A stretch of 64,000 nucleotides of DNA from Thermodesulfobacteriota bacterium (GTDB taxonomy: Bacteria > Desulfobacterota_D > UBA1144 > Nemesobacterales > Nemesobacteraceae), in NCBI GenBank assembly GCA_965202785.1, contig OZ241855.1:192001-256000 (forward strand), in the 5' to 3' direction. Positions 9,333 through 20,362 of this stretch are shown here, piece after piece; the stretch's first letter is position 1, and each line of letters starts with the position of its first letter. The translations under genes and the position numbers were made by a program. The notes under the pieces were generated by a model. It had not been told where the DNA came from, did no database searches, and saw only the letters and a program-made list of their open reading frames with translations.

Positions 9333-11245
9333 CTATAAATCAGTTCGATAGAGATAGCGGATATCCCAAAGCCCGTACAACGTGGGCGTCGTGTTGCCGA
9401 AGACTTTTCGGACCGCACTCATCCGTTCCTCACGTGTTGTGTAGATGAGCGGCATGTTCTCGGAAGCGATTTCCTGGGCGCGGTGATAGAGCGCTACGCG
9501 TTCATCGCGATCCAGTTCCTGGCTCCCCCTCACGTAAAGGCGATCTATTTCGGCTTCCCAGTCCGTCGCCGGCTGCGGCTGATTCGGATACCAGAGGTGC
9601 AAGTTCTCACTGCTGTGCCAGAGAACAATTCCGGAATACGGGTCCGTTCCGCCTCCGAAACCCATGACCATGGCTTCCCAATCGTAGGAACGTGTCAACT
9701 GGGAGACGAGTTCGGCGAACTCGACCAGCCTGAAATCCGCCTTGATGCCGATCTCCTCGAGGCCCTGCTTGATGATCATCCCGACCCTTTCACGAAGGCT
9801 GTTTTTGGTATTGGTTACCATTGAGAACGCAATCGTATTGCCTGCATCGTCTTCGCGAATCCCGTCCCCGTCGGTATCGACCCAGCCGAGGCTATCCAGG
9901 ATGCGGTTGGCTTCAGCGATGTCGTACTCGTACCGTCGCACGTCGGGATTGTGGAAGTCGCCCGCGGATGGGCTGATGGAGGACCACTGCGGATAGCCGA
10001 GTCCGTGATGCACGTCGCGTATGATCGCCTCTTTATCAACGATGTGCGCGACAGCCTGGCGGAACTGAGTATTCCGGAACCACTTAAGCTTGTCAGCCGC
10101 TACATAGGGCTCCATTGTATCCGGGTTTTCGCCAGGGTTCATGTTAAAAGTCAGAAACGTCGACCCCAAGCCCGGACCCCTCCTGTAGATCGTGAAATTC
10201 CCCTCCGCCTGCAGCGGTTCGAGTTCCGCAAACTCCCTGCCCAGCACGCCATGAGTGTCTGAGTCCCCGTCCTTGAACCTGACAAGTTCGGTCTCTAGAT
10301 CCGGGACGATAAGGTGAACGATTTTGTCCAGGTACGGCAGACTGTTGCCCGCATCATCGTTTAGCCAGTAGTTCGGGTTGCGGCTCAGGACCACGCGATC
10401 GTCGGGGACATAGCGCTCGATGGTAAAGGGACCGGTGCCGATGACTTCGGCCGGGTCCGTGTCTATGTCCCATACCTCGTTGAAAGTGCCATTGTCTACG
10501 TACGGCTCCAGAATGTGCTTGGGATAGATAGCGGTACCCATGGAGCGCAGGAACGGTGCAAATGACACCGGTAAAACGCATTGTATCGTATAGTCGTCAA
10601 GCGCCTTAACGGCCATTTCGGCTTCCGTCCAAGTTCCGGTAGCCTCGTCCAGAAACCGGAAGTTGAATGTTGCCCGGTCGCTGGAGTTTATGTCCTCGTT
10701 GTAGATGATGCGGTTGAATGTGAATCCACGTCATGCGCCGTAAAAGGTGTTCCGTCATGCCACGTTACGTCCTTGCGCAGGGAGAAGGTCCAGGTCAGGC
10801 CGTCATCCGAATGGGTCCAGGACTCAGCCAGTGACGGTTCGACTTCGTCAGTGAGCCAAGAGATCTCGGTCAGGCCCTCAAAAAGATACCCCAGAACTCC
10901 TGTCGATCCGGAATCATCCGCAAGAGCCAGGTTGAGGGTAAGCGGCTTTGAGATTGTCGCAATCGTCAGCAACCCGCCGGTGCTGCCAATGGTGTACTCA
11001 AATTCCTCGGCATTTTTTCTGAGCTGGTCGGCAATGCTGCCCGGACTGTCGCCGTCGTCCAAGCAGGCAAGCAATGTCAGCGTTGCGAAAACAGCAAAAG
11101 CGGCAAAAAGAACACCAGTCTGAGCGCATGACCGCAGCAATCGCCTTCCTCGGTGGGGTACACCGCCCCAAGCAAGCTTACTATACCAAGAACCACTGGG
11201 GCAAACATAACTTTTTAACTCTCGCTGTTGAAACATATCTTTCAC
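9333..11245 (-). pseudogene. ABC transporter peptide/nickel (family 5) substrate-binding lipoprotein, frameshifted near 10723
   Basis: ORFs 10688-11245 and 9333-10616 are N- and C-terminal parts of one SBP_bac_5 protein (LAESW..SDDGLTWTF.LR..VTWHDG.PFTA.DV; GTGPF). Adding one base at ~10723 restores DVDFTFNRII. True start uncertain. Confidence 0.8.
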
Positions 11246-11603
11246 TCCATATTTAAGCTGCTGATCTTGTCCTAACGATAGATCATTCTACAATATCATA
11301 CGTTTTAGAGTATTTCGAAATTAAGCCGCCCTGTGAGTACCAACCAAAAGCTAAGCGTTATATTAATCTTATCAAACGTCCTGTAGACAGAAGCCGGTTC
11401 TTTAAGGCGATAACCGCAGCAGGTTGTTTGGCCCGTGATGTTGCCGCCATATTATGGTATAGATTTATATCAAAACGAATCGATATCTTTTTCGGCTCGG
11501 AACATTTAGAATTCCGGCCCTTTTTAAAAGGGAACCAAGACTTGAATTCCCCTTTTAGAGGGGTTTGAAACAACGGATAATTCCGATAAAGGAGACCCTG
11601 AAA

Positions 11604-12056
11604 ATGAAGATCGCTATCGGAAGTGATGAAAAAAACGCCCTCACCGACGAGGTAATAGAGGAGCTTCGCAAAAGAGACATGGAAGTTGAGCTCTTCGGGC
11701 CCCTTGCGGACAAAAATGAGGAATGGGCTGAAGTCGCCGAGCAGGTGGCCGAGAGGGTTTCTGAGAAAGAGTGCGACCAGGGAATACTGTTCTGCTCTAC
11801 GGGAACCGGGGTAAGCATTGCCGCGAACAAGGTCCCCGGAATAAGGGCGGCCTTGTGTACGGATTCCAAAACGGCCGCGGGAGCGCGCAAGTGGAACGAC
11901 GCGAACATACTTGCCATGAGTTTGCGTCTTGTATCCCCCGACGTAGCCAAGGAGATCCTCGACGCCTGGTTCCAGAGCGAACCGGATCCCTCGGAGAGAG
12001 AAAATATAGAAAAAGTGGCCGGAATCGAATCGAAGTACCGCAACCGGACGGACTGA
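11604..12056 (+). CDS. rpiB: RpiB/LacA/LacB family sugar-phosphate isomerase
   Basis: MKIAIGSD, GILFCSTGTGVSIAANKVPGIRAA, WNDANIL. Confidence 0.85.
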   Translation: MKIAIGSDEKNALTDEVIEELRKRDMEVELFGPLADKNEEWAEVAEQVAERVSEKECDQGILFCSTGTGVSIAANKVPGIRAALCTDSKTAAGARKWNDANILAMSLRLVSPDVAKEILDAWFQSEPDPSERENIEKVAGIESKYRNRTD

Positions 12057-12063
12057 AAGAAAA

Positions 12064-13095
12064 ATGGAAAGAAAAGAAAAATACAATGTGGCGATAGCAG
12101 GAGCCACGGGGGCCGTGGGACAGGAGATGATGCAGATACTCGAGGAGAGAAATTTCCCCGTGGGAGAACTGCGCCTTCTCGCTTCTGAGCGGTCCCGAGG
12201 GAGAAAATACAGTTTCTGCGGAAGGGAGATAACCGTTTCGGTGCTGGGCGAGGACTCTTTTCGCGACATAGACATAGCTCTTTTTTCCGCCGGCTCCGAG
12301 AGAAGCAGGAGATACGCGGACCGCGCCGTCGCAAGCGGAGCGGTGGTTATCGACAACAGTTCGGCGTTTCGGATGGACCCAGAAATTCCCCTGGTAATAC
12401 CCGAGATAAACGCCCAGACGGCCGCGCTTCACGAAAAAAAAGGAATAGTTGCCAATCCCAACTGCACAACCGCGGTAGCCGTCATGGCGCTTAAGCCCAT
12501 TCATGACGTATCAAGAATAAAAAGGGTGGTAGCGACGAGCTTTCAGGCAGTCTCAGGAGCGGGGGCCGGCGGGATAGCGGAACTCGAAAGCCAAGTGCGA
12601 AGCTGGTCTGAGAGCGGAGAGCCCCCTAGGGAAACAAACACGTTTCCCCACCAGATAGCCTTTAACGTGATCCCGCACATAGACTCCTTTACAGAGAGCG
12701 GCTACACGAAGGAAGAAATGAAGCTTCACAACGAAACGCGCAAGATACTTGGGGATGATTCCATAGTCCTCACGGCGACGACCGTGAGGGTTCCGGTTTT
12801 CCGGTCCCACTCGGTTTCACTTAATCTGGAGACGGAAAGAAAAGTGACAATCGAGGAGGCGAGGGAGGCTATCAGGAATTTCCCCGGGGTCTCTCTCGTT
12901 GACGACCCGGAGAATTCCGACTACCCGATGCCGGTTGAAAGTTCCGGGAAGGACGACTGCTTTGTCGGAAGAATCAGGGAGGACTACACGGTCAAAAACG
13001 GTCTTTCCCTGTGGGTGAGCGGAGACCAGTTAAGGAAGGGTGCGGCTCTTAACGCAGTGCAGATAGCGGAGCTTCTGGTCAGAAATCATGTCTGA
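12064..13095 (+). CDS. asd: Aspartate-semialdehyde dehydrogenase
   Basis: GATGAVG, ANPNCTT, QAVSGAG, DQLRKGAALNAVQIAE. Confidence 0.97.
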   Translation: MERKEKYNVAIAGATGAVGQEMMQILEERNFPVGELRLLASERSRGRKYSFCGREITVSVLGEDSFRDIDIALFSAGSERSRRYADRAVASGAVVIDNSSAFRMDPEIPLVIPEINAQTAALHEKKGIVANPNCTTAVAVMALKPIHDVSRIKRVVATSFQAVSGAGAGGIAELESQVRSWSESGEPPRETNTFPHQIAFNVIPHIDSFTESGYTKEEMKLHNETRKILGDDSIVLTATTVRVPVFRSHSVSLNLETERKVTIEEAREAIRNFPGVSLVDDPENSDYPMPVESSGKDDCFVGRIREDYTVKNGLSLWVSGDQLRKGAALNAVQIAELLVRNHV

Positions 13096-13615
13096 AACAG
13101 GTATTTTCAAAAAGCTTTCGGATTTTTTTCTTGCGCCGCCGAAGATCGATTCCGACGAACTAAGGGAGTTGCTCGGGGAGGACGATTCTGTGCTGCTCAC
13201 GGTTCAGACCCTCAGCTGCACTTACAAGCCGAGGGCGTGGGTAGACAGAAACACTTTTTTCAGAAGCATTCTGATGCTTACGGAAAAAAGGATCTTGCTA
13301 CTTAAAAACAGTTCCAAAGTGAACGTTCTAAGGGACATAGAATTTGACACCATAACGCATCACAAGTTTGGTTCCACCAGAAGCAAGGGACTCAAGCTTG
13401 AAATAAAAACAGTTGACGCGGAAGACTCGATAATGTTTCACCAGCAGTACAGAAATGAGTTTGAGGAGCTTTCGGAAAAATTCGAAGAAGTGATGTCCCA
13501 GGCCATTGAACTCTCCACGGGGACTGGAGAGACTTTTTTCTGCATGCACTGCGGAGCAAAAATTCCCGCCGCGAGCGTCTTCTGTTCTTCCTGCGGGAAG
13601 AAAGTTAAGGTATAG
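13088..13615 (+). CDS. Hypothetical protein, PH-like domain plus C-terminal zinc ribbon
   Basis: LMLTEKRILL (bacterial PH-like); FCMHCG...FCSSCG; coupled to asd. Confidence 0.7.
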   Translation: MSETGIFKKLSDFFLAPPKIDSDELRELLGEDDSVLLTVQTLSCTYKPRAWVDRNTFFRSILMLTEKRILLLKNSSKVNVLRDIEFDTITHHKFGSTRSKGLKLEIKTVDAEDSIMFHQQYRNEFEELSEKFEEVMSQAIELSTGTGETFFCMHCGAKIPAASVFCSSCGKKVKV

Positions 13616-13636
13616 CCTCTTGGGACGGAGAAAAAA

Positions 13637-14512
13637 TTGATACACGGTTCAATAGTAGCGATAGTAACGCCGTTTAAAGACGGCGCCGTTGACTACGGAA
13701 AGCTAGAAGAGTTAATAAAGTTCCAGATAGAGAGCGGAACCCACGGCATAGTTCCGGTCGGAACCACGGGAGAATCCCCCACCCTTTCTCACGCTGAGCA
13801 TGAAGAAGTAATAAAATTCACCGTGGAAACAGTAAAGGAGAGGATTCCAGTGGTTGCGGGCACGGGATCAAACAGCACAGAGGAAGCCCTGCGCCTCACG
13901 AAATTCGCGGAGCGGGCCGGCGCGGACGCGGCTCTTTTGGTAACTCCTTACTACAACAAGCCGACTCAGGAAGGAATCTACCGGCATTTCCGCACGATTG
14001 CAGACGAGACATCCATTCCACTGGTACTCTACAACGTGCCCGGGCGCACGGTCGTAAACATAGAGCCGGAGACCGTGGAGAGACTTTTTTGCGACTGCGA
14101 GAGCATAATCGGCATCAAGGAAGCCTCGGGCTCGCTTGAGCAGGCAAGCAGAATCATTTCTCTGTGTGGAGAGGATCTGATCCTTCTCTCGGGGGACGAC
14201 GCGGTTAACTATCCCCTTCTAGCAGCCGGGGGCAAGGGTTTTATAAGCGTAACGGCGAACATAGCTCCCCAAGACGTATCGGAAATGTACAACTCCTTTG
14301 CAAGGGGGGAGCTTGAGAGGGCCAAGGAGCTTCACTACCACCTTCTCCCGCTCAGCAGAGTTCTCTTCGTGGAATCAAACCCGATACCCGTAAAGGCCGC
14401 TTTGGCCGTGATGGGGAAAATAAGCCCCGAGATAAGAGCCCCTCTTTATGAGCTTTCGGGAGAAAACCTCGAGAGACTGAAAAGGGAGCTTGAGAACTAC
14501 GGGCTCACGTAA
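13637..14512 (+). CDS. dapA: 4-hydroxy-tetrahydrodipicolinate synthase
   Basis: GTTGES, PYYNKP, LYNVPGRT, GIKEASG, SNPIPVK; TTG start. Confidence 0.97.
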   Translation: MIHGSIVAIVTPFKDGAVDYGKLEELIKFQIESGTHGIVPVGTTGESPTLSHAEHEEVIKFTVETVKERIPVVAGTGSNSTEEALRLTKFAERAGADAALLVTPYYNKPTQEGIYRHFRTIADETSIPLVLYNVPGRTVVNIEPETVERLFCDCESIIGIKEASGSLEQASRIISLCGEDLILLSGDDAVNYPLLAAGGKGFISVTANIAPQDVSEMYNSFARGELERAKELHYHLLPLSRVLFVESNPIPVKAALAVMGKISPEIRAPLYELSGENLERLKRELENYGLT

Positions 14513-14520
14513 CACGGAAA

Positions 14521-15123
14521 TTGTCTGAATCCGACTGCTTTTTACACACTGAAGATAGAATCCCAGTATCCGGGAGAATCGTGGCCGGCGTTGACGAAGC
14601 CGGGAGAGGATGTCTGGCCGGGCCGGTCGTGGCAGGGGCCGTAATACTTGATGAGAACCGGCCTATTCACGGACTCAGGGATTCAAAGGCGCTTTCCGAA
14701 AAAAGGCGCAATGAGCTTTTCGAGCAAATCCAGCAAAAGGCCCTCGCCTACTCGGTCGGCATGACCGCGGCCGATGAGATTGACCGCATAAACATCCTGC
14801 AGGCAGCGCTTTTGGCAATGGAAAAAGCCGTTCTGGCCTTGGGTGAAAAACCGGACTGCATTCTCATAGACGGCAACTCGAAGACTTCTCTCCCCATCCG
14901 GCAAAAAGCGATAATAAAGGGTGACTCAAAGTGCGCGTCAATAGCAGCCGCTTCAATTGTCGCGAAGGTGACAAGGGACCGTATCATGACCGAGATTGAA
15001 AGTGAATATCCCGGATACGGCTTCTCCCGCCACAAAGGTTATCCCACAAAAGAACACCTCGGTGCCCTGCGAAATCTGGGGCCCTGTCCGATACATAGAA
15101 AATCCTTTAAAGGTGTCTTATAA
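14521..15123 (+). CDS. rnhB: Ribonuclease HII
   Basis: GVDEAGRGCLAGPV, DSK, SIAAASIVAKVTRD, HKGYPT. Confidence 0.97.
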   Translation: MSESDCFLHTEDRIPVSGRIVAGVDEAGRGCLAGPVVAGAVILDENRPIHGLRDSKALSEKRRNELFEQIQQKALAYSVGMTAADEIDRINILQAALLAMEKAVLALGEKPDCILIDGNSKTSLPIRQKAIIKGDSKCASIAAASIVAKVTRDRIMTEIESEYPGYGFSRHKGYPTKEHLGALRNLGPCPIHRKSFKGVL

Positions 15124-15179
15124 CTGATTGACATAATTATATCTTGACTTTTTCCCGCTATTGAAATGATAATATAAGT

Positions 15180-15530
15180 ATGTCTGGAATGCTTTCAGAT
15201 CTGTCTCTGCCGGACAAGCTTTATTTCAAGATAGGAGAAGTAAGCGAGATCATAGGAGTGAAACCCTATGTTCTCAGATACTGGGAAACCGAGTTCAAAG
15301 AGGTAAGGCCTATCAGGAGGAAGTCCCAGAGACTTTACGACAAGGACACGATTTATCTCTTCCACAAGATAAAGCACCTGCTCCACGATCAGAAGTTCAC
15401 CATAGCGGGGGTTCAGAAAAGACTCAAGGATGAGAAAAGCGGAAGCGGAAATATATCCCCCCTCTATTCGGACAAAGTGCTGTTGCGCGAAATTCTAGAT
15501 GAGTTAAAATCCCTGAAGCAGGATCTCTGA
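15180..15530 (+). CDS. MerR family transcriptional regulator (tRNA-Pro-associated type)
   Basis: PDKLYFKIGEVS...YVLRYWETEF. Confidence 0.9.
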   Translation: MSGMLSDLSLPDKLYFKIGEVSEIIGVKPYVLRYWETEFKEVRPIRRKSQRLYDKDTIYLFHKIKHLLHDQKFTIAGVQKRLKDEKSGSGNISPLYSDKVLLREILDELKSLKQDL

Positions 15531-15580
15531 ACGGGCCACTTCGCGTCCTGTTCGCCTCTGATCCGGTTTCTTGTTAAATA

Positions 15581-15656
15581 CGGGGTGTGGCGCAGTTGGT
15601 AGCGCACCGGTCTGGGGGACCGGGGGTCACCGGTTCAAGTCCGGTCACCCCGACCA
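15581..15656 (+). tRNA. tRNA-Pro(GGG)
   Basis: Cloverleaf, anticodon arm CCGGT-CTGGGGG-ACCGG, GGTTCAA T-loop, CCA end. Confidence 0.95.
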
Positions 15657-15778
15657 AATCAAACCCGCAAGTCAGTTTCCAAGGCAAGTTTCGTTGTCTA
15701 TGCGACTCTCTCCGTGCGCAGGGATTGGCTGTTGCGAGAAATCCCTGATGGGTTAAAATCTAGCCGGAACTTTTTGTT

Positions 15779-15855
15779 CGGGGTGTAGCGCAGCTTGGTA
15801 GCGCACCGGCTTCGGGAGCCGGGGGTCACCGGTTCAAATCCGGTCACCCCGACCA
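15779..15855 (+). tRNA. tRNA-Pro(CGG)
   Basis: Cloverleaf, anticodon arm CCGGC-TTCGGGA-GCCGG, CCA end. Confidence 0.95.
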
Positions 15856-15864
15856 TTCCCAGAC

Positions 15865-16623
15865 ATGAAATCTAAAATACTGCTCTCAAATGATGACGGG
15901 GTGAATTCAGAAGGCCTAAAAGCGCTTGGAGCGGCCCTCTCTCACCTGGGAGAAGTCTACACCGTGGCTCCGGACCGCGACCAGAGCGCCTCAAGTCACT
16001 CGCTCAACCTCATGAGACCTCTTAGAATCGAGGAAATTTCAGAAAGAGTGTTCTCCGTGGACGGAACCCCCACCGACTGCGTGAATCTCGCAGTGAACGG
16101 AATTCTGGGTGACAGGAAACCCGATCTCCTGGTCTCGGGAATAAACATGGCCGCCAACCTAGGAGATGACATAACGTATTCGGGGACCGTAAGCGCCGCG
16201 ATAGAGGCAACCCTTATGAAAATCCCCGCAATAGCGGTATCGCTCGCGGCGAAAAAAGACTTTCTGTTCCAAACCGCCGCCCACTACTCAAGGGTGGCCG
16301 CGGAATTTGTTCTTAAAGCCGGTCTTCCCGAAAACACTCTGCTCAACGTGAACGTGCCTAATCTTCCCCTAAAAGAAGTAAAGGGAATACGGGTTACGCG
16401 TCAGGGCAAGAGGGTTTATCAGGCACCAATAGTGGAAAAGACCGATCCCCGGGGGAAGAAGTATTACTGGATAGGCGGAAACGAGCTCAATTCCCTTAGA
16501 ATTGAAAACTCAGACATAGTGTCCGTTCTTGAAGGCTACGTCTCCATAACCCCGATAAAGCTTGATATGACGGATTACGGGTACCTCGAAGAACTCAGGG
16601 AACAACTAGAGAACCATGCTTAA
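15865..16623 (+). CDS. surE: 5'/3'-nucleotidase SurE
   Basis: ILLSNDDG, DGTPTDCV, SGIN...NLG, YSGTVSAA. Confidence 0.97.
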   Translation: MKSKILLSNDDGVNSEGLKALGAALSHLGEVYTVAPDRDQSASSHSLNLMRPLRIEEISERVFSVDGTPTDCVNLAVNGILGDRKPDLLVSGINMAANLGDDITYSGTVSAAIEATLMKIPAIAVSLAAKKDFLFQTAAHYSRVAAEFVLKAGLPENTLLNVNVPNLPLKEVKGIRVTRQGKRVYQAPIVEKTDPRGKKYYWIGGNELNSLRIENSDIVSVLEGYVSITPIKLDMTDYGYLEELREQLENHA

Positions 16624-17197
16624 AAGCCTCTACGAATGGGTTCTGGGCTGGGCGGACAGAAAACATGGTCCCTTCGCGCTTTCCCTGGTTTCCTTCACGG
16701 AAGCATCTTTTTTCCCAATCCCCCCAGATCCGCTTCTCATGGCTCTCTGTCTCGGAAACCCTCGGAAATCATACCGTTTCGCTCTTTACTGCTCCGTTTT
16801 TTCCGTACTGGGAGCGGCGGCGGGGTATCTCATAGGGTACTGGGTGTGGGAACTGGTCGGCGGTTTTTTTCTCTCGCACATCATAACCGCAGAGACGTTC
16901 ACGATTGTAGGCGACAAGTATTCGGAGAACGCGTTTGAAGCCGTTTTGGCCGCAGCCTTTACCCCCATACCTTTTAAGGCGTTTACGGTGACGGCGGGAG
17001 TCTTTAAGGTCGACTTCCTCGCCTTCATCGCCGCCTGCGCCGTGGGAAGAACGGCCAGATTTGCGATAATTGCAGGCCTTCTTTCGGTTTTCGGAGAAAG
17101 AGTAAAATTGCTTATCGACAAATACTTCAACATATTTACGGTTATATTTTTCACACTGCTTTTGGTTGGAGTATTGCTTCTAAAGAAGCTGGGCTGA
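16616..17197 (+). CDS. YqaA/DedA family membrane protein
   Basis: SFTEASFFPIPPD, FTPIPFK, GR..RF. Confidence 0.9.
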   Translation: MLKSLYEWVLGWADRKHGPFALSLVSFTEASFFPIPPDPLLMALCLGNPRKSYRFALYCSVFSVLGAAAGYLIGYWVWELVGGFFLSHIITAETFTIVGDKYSENAFEAVLAAAFTPIPFKAFTVTAGVFKVDFLAFIAACAVGRTARFAIIAGLLSVFGERVKLLIDKYFNIFTVIFFTLLLVGVLLLKKLG

Positions 17198-17322
17198 AGT
17201 GTCTGGAAAAAGCTTCGCGGACATGCGGGCACGGAAAGTGATTTGTTGGCACGTAACTTGCCACATAAAAACATATATGTTTCATAGAAACCCGGTTTCA
17301 AACCGTATCACACGTACAGATT

Positions 17323-18351
17323 ATGAGCGCTAGAAAAGTCGTTTTAATCCCGGGAGACGGCATCGGCCCGGAAATCGCCGAAGCGACAAAGAACGTCATT
17401 GCCGCTTCAGGAGCCAAGATCGAATGGGTCATAAGAGGGGCCGGCGTATCGGCTCTAGAAAAGTACCGGGAAGTCCTGCCGGAAGTCACTCTGGACGCCA
17501 TAAGGGAACATAAAGTCGCGCTCAAGGGGCCGTGCACGACCCCCATAGGAGAGGGATTTTCATCGGTAAACGTGGAACTGAGGAAGAAACTTGACCTCTA
17601 CGCGGCCGTAAGGCCGGTACGAAACATTGAGGGCGTGAGAACCAGATTCTCCGACGTTAACATAGTCATCGTGCGCGAGAACACCGAAGGTCTTTACAGC
17701 GGTGTTGAAAACACGGTTTCCCCCGGGGTAGTGATGAGCATGAAGGTCGCGACCGAGAGATCGTGCGAGCGAATCGCCAGATGGGGTTTTGAGTACGCGA
17801 GAAAAAGGGACAGAAAGAAAGTAACCGTGTTTCACAAGGCCAATATAATGAAGATTACCGACGGGCTTTTTATCAGCAAGGCAAGGGAGGTAAGCGAACA
17901 GTACCCGAATATAGAGTATGAAGAATACATCATAGACGCGGGATGCATGAGGCTGGTTCAGGATCCGGGCATGTTTGATACGCTACTGCTTGAGAATCTC
18001 TACGGCGACGTGATGAGTGACCTCTGCGCCGGCCTTGTCGGAGGACTAGGCGTTGTTCCCGGCGCCAATATAGGGGACGAGTACTCGGTCTTTGAAGCGG
18101 TGCACGGGTCCGCGCCGGACATAGCGGGACTCGAAATAGCAAATCCGCTTGCCCTAATAATGTCAGCGGTAATGATGCTGAGGTATCTGGCCGATTCAGA
18201 AGGAAGAGAGGATATGAGAGAAGCGGCTGACAAGATAAAAACGGCTTACAACATAGCCCTTTCAAACGGCGACAAGACCCGGGACCTGGGAGGCGACCTC
18301 AAAACGGCCGATTTTGCCAGGGTTCTCATACAGAATATACTCAAGATATAG
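17323..18351 (+). CDS. Isocitrate/isopropylmalate dehydrogenase family (likely NAD-dependent IDH)
   Basis: [41 protein letters not shown]. Confidence 0.9.
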   Translation: MSARKVVLIPGDGIGPEIAEATKNVIAASGAKIEWVIRGAGVSALEKYREVLPEVTLDAIREHKVALKGPCTTPIGEGFSSVNVELRKKLDLYAAVRPVRNIEGVRTRFSDVNIVIVRENTEGLYSGVENTVSPGVVMSMKVATERSCERIARWGFEYARKRDRKKVTVFHKANIMKITDGLFISKAREVSEQYPNIEYEEYIIDAGCMRLVQDPGMFDTLLLENLYGDVMSDLCAGLVGGLGVVPGANIGDEYSVFEAVHGSAPDIAGLEIANPLALIMSAVMMLRYLADSEGREDMREAADKIKTAYNIALSNGDKTRDLGGDLKTADFARVLIQNILKI

Positions 18352-18393
18352 ACAGGCCCCGCCTCGCGCGCGCCGAAATGCTGGTAAACCCCG

Positions 18394-19290
18394 ATGAACA
18401 GGAACAGAAAAGTCCCCTTTCCGGTTTTTCTTCTGATCTCAACCGTGCTGAATCTCCTGCTGATTCAGCTTCTTTTCTCAGAAATACTGCCAGACCCCGA
18501 AAGTCTTAAGGACCCGCTTGAAAGGACATACATAGAACTTATCGAGATACCGGTCAAAGAAACCGAGCCTCCTGACAAGCCCTCAAGACTCGCCGACAAG
18601 TCTCACAGGGCGGAAAAAGAGACTACGATAGATGACACGACGAAACTCTCAAGGTCCGTGCCCCAACCGACAAAGAAAAGCACTGTGCAGAGAAAACCCG
18701 CGGGAGCCATTCAACCCGGAGAACAGGAAAAAAGCGCGGAGAGGTTCTCTCCCGAAAAAGACCGGGTCGCCATTATACCCGAGGGGGAAAGAAATAAACC
18801 CGAAAAAAGAAAAACCAGTCCCGACCAACCGCCCGGAAGCAACCCGAGTGCCTCCGCCTCGCAGATGGTCAATCCCAGGATAGCGGACGTTCCCTTTGAC
18901 TACAACACAGAAGAGCAGCTCCTTGGAACCAAGGACGTCGAGAAGGAAATTACCGTTGATCTCAACACGACGGAATACAAGTACATATCCTATTTCACGA
19001 AACTGAAAGAGAGAATTTACCAGGTCTGGAAATACCCCAAGGAATCGCAGATAAGAAGGGAACAGGGAAACGTGCAGATCGTCTTCACCCTCAGAAAAGA
19101 CGGATATCTTGAAAACGTGAGGATAATCCACCCCTCCGGTTTCGAGAACCTGGACAGGGAAGTGCTGCGCACAATAAGAGTGGCTTCCCCCTACAACCCA
19201 TTTCCCGAGAGCTGGGATGAAGAAAAACTCAAAATACCCGCCACCTTCGATTACAAGCTTCCGAAATGGGTAAGGAGATACTACAACTGA
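18394..19290 (+). CDS. Energy transducer TonB family protein
   Basis: N-terminal TM anchor, Pro/Lys/Glu-rich linker, TonB_C domain (WKYP...G.V...F.....G...SG...LD). Confidence 0.85.
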   Translation: MNRNRKVPFPVFLLISTVLNLLLIQLLFSEILPDPESLKDPLERTYIELIEIPVKETEPPDKPSRLADKSHRAEKETTIDDTTKLSRSVPQPTKKSTVQRKPAGAIQPGEQEKSAERFSPEKDRVAIIPEGERNKPEKRKTSPDQPPGSNPSASASQMVNPRIADVPFDYNTEEQLLGTKDVEKEITVDLNTTEYKYISYFTKLKERIYQVWKYPKESQIRREQGNVQIVFTLRKDGYLENVRIIHPSGFENLDREVLRTIRVASPYNPFPESWDEEKLKIPATFDYKLPKWVRRYYN

Positions 19291-19300
19291 GTCTGTGTTC

Positions 19301-20344
19301 TCAGAGAATGCGGACCTTGGTGTCGGTGGTGCCAGCTTCTTTTATCTCGCCGATAAGGTAAGCCGGTTCCGACAGGTTCCGCGCGAAGGACAAAGCTTCT
19401 TCGGCCTGCTCCCGCGGCAGCACCGCTATCATTCCCACCCCGCAGTTAAACGTCGAGTACATCTCGTCGCGGCTTATGTTCCCGGTTTTCATTATCAGGT
19501 CAAAAATGGGAGCAGCCTGCCAGCTTTTGCTATCAATTGCCGCAAAAAGTCCGTCAGGAATCACCCTTGAGAGGTTTCCCGGAATCCCCCCGCCCGTCAC
19601 GTGGGCAAGGGCTTTTACGTCAAATTCCGCACAGAGCCCGAGAATGGCTTTCGAGTATATGACCGTGGGTGTGAGAAGTTCCTCTCCAATGGTTTTTGAG
19701 AGACTTCGGAGCTTTGAATCAATGGAGTAGCCTCCGACATCGAAAAGCACTTTTCTCGCAAGAGAGTAGCCGTTTGAGTGAAGACCGCTTGAAGCAAGCC
19801 CGATTACCGCGTCGCCGGGAACTACCCCGGCGCCGTCAATATAAAGATCTTTCTCCACCACCCCGACACAGAAACCTGCGAGATCAAACTCCCCTTCGGC
19901 GTAAAATCCGGGCATCTCAGCCGTCTCGCCCCCGATAAGCACGCACCCCGCCTGGACACATCCCTCGCAGATACCTTTTACCACCGCAGCTGCTTGCTCG
20001 GAGTCAAGCTTCGAAGTAGCCAGGTAATCAAGGAAGAACAGAGGTTTTGCGCCGCACGTAATCACGTCGTTAACGCTCATGGCGACCAAGTCTATTCCTA
20101 TCGTATCAAACTTGCGTGCGGAAAAAGCCGTTTTGAGTTTTGTGCCGACGCCGTCTGTGGCCGATACAAGCAGGGGCTCGCGGAAAGCATCCGTATCAAG
20201 CGGAAAAGCGCCCGCAAAACCCCCGAGCGGGCTTACTTTGCTTTCGCCGTAGGTCGACTCGACTAGAGGCTTTATAAGCCGCACGAACCTCTCGCCTTCT
20301 TCCACGTCAACACCGGCGCTTTTGTAAGTAACCTTTTCCGACAC
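19301..20344 (-). CDS. purM: Phosphoribosylformylglycinamidine cyclo-ligase
   Basis: TYKSAGVD, TDGVGTK, GGETAEMP, SSGLHSNGYSL, FNCGVGM. Confidence 0.97.
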   Translation of the reverse strand: MSEKVTYKSAGVDVEEGERFVRLIKPLVESTYGESKVSPLGGFAGAFPLDTDAFREPLLVSATDGVGTKLKTAFSARKFDTIGIDLVAMSVNDVITCGAKPLFFLDYLATSKLDSEQAAAVVKGICEGCVQAGCVLIGGETAEMPGFYAEGEFDLAGFCVGVVEKDLYIDGAGVVPGDAVIGLASSGLHSNGYSLARKVLFDVGGYSIDSKLRSLSKTIGEELLTPTVIYSKAILGLCAEFDVKALAHVTGGGIPGNLSRVIPDGLFAAIDSKSWQAAPIFDLIMKTGNISRDEMYSTFNCGVGMIAVLPREQAEEALSFARNLSEPAYLIGEIKEAGTTDTKVRIL

Positions 20345-20362
20345 GAAAAAAGAGACCGTCTG

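Noticed and set aside
11358-12504. Long antisense ORFs (332, 259, 235 aa) over rpiB-asd, and similar ones over clpA, bioD and mnmA
   Set aside because: Shadow ORFs opposite well-conserved genes, with no recognisable motifs
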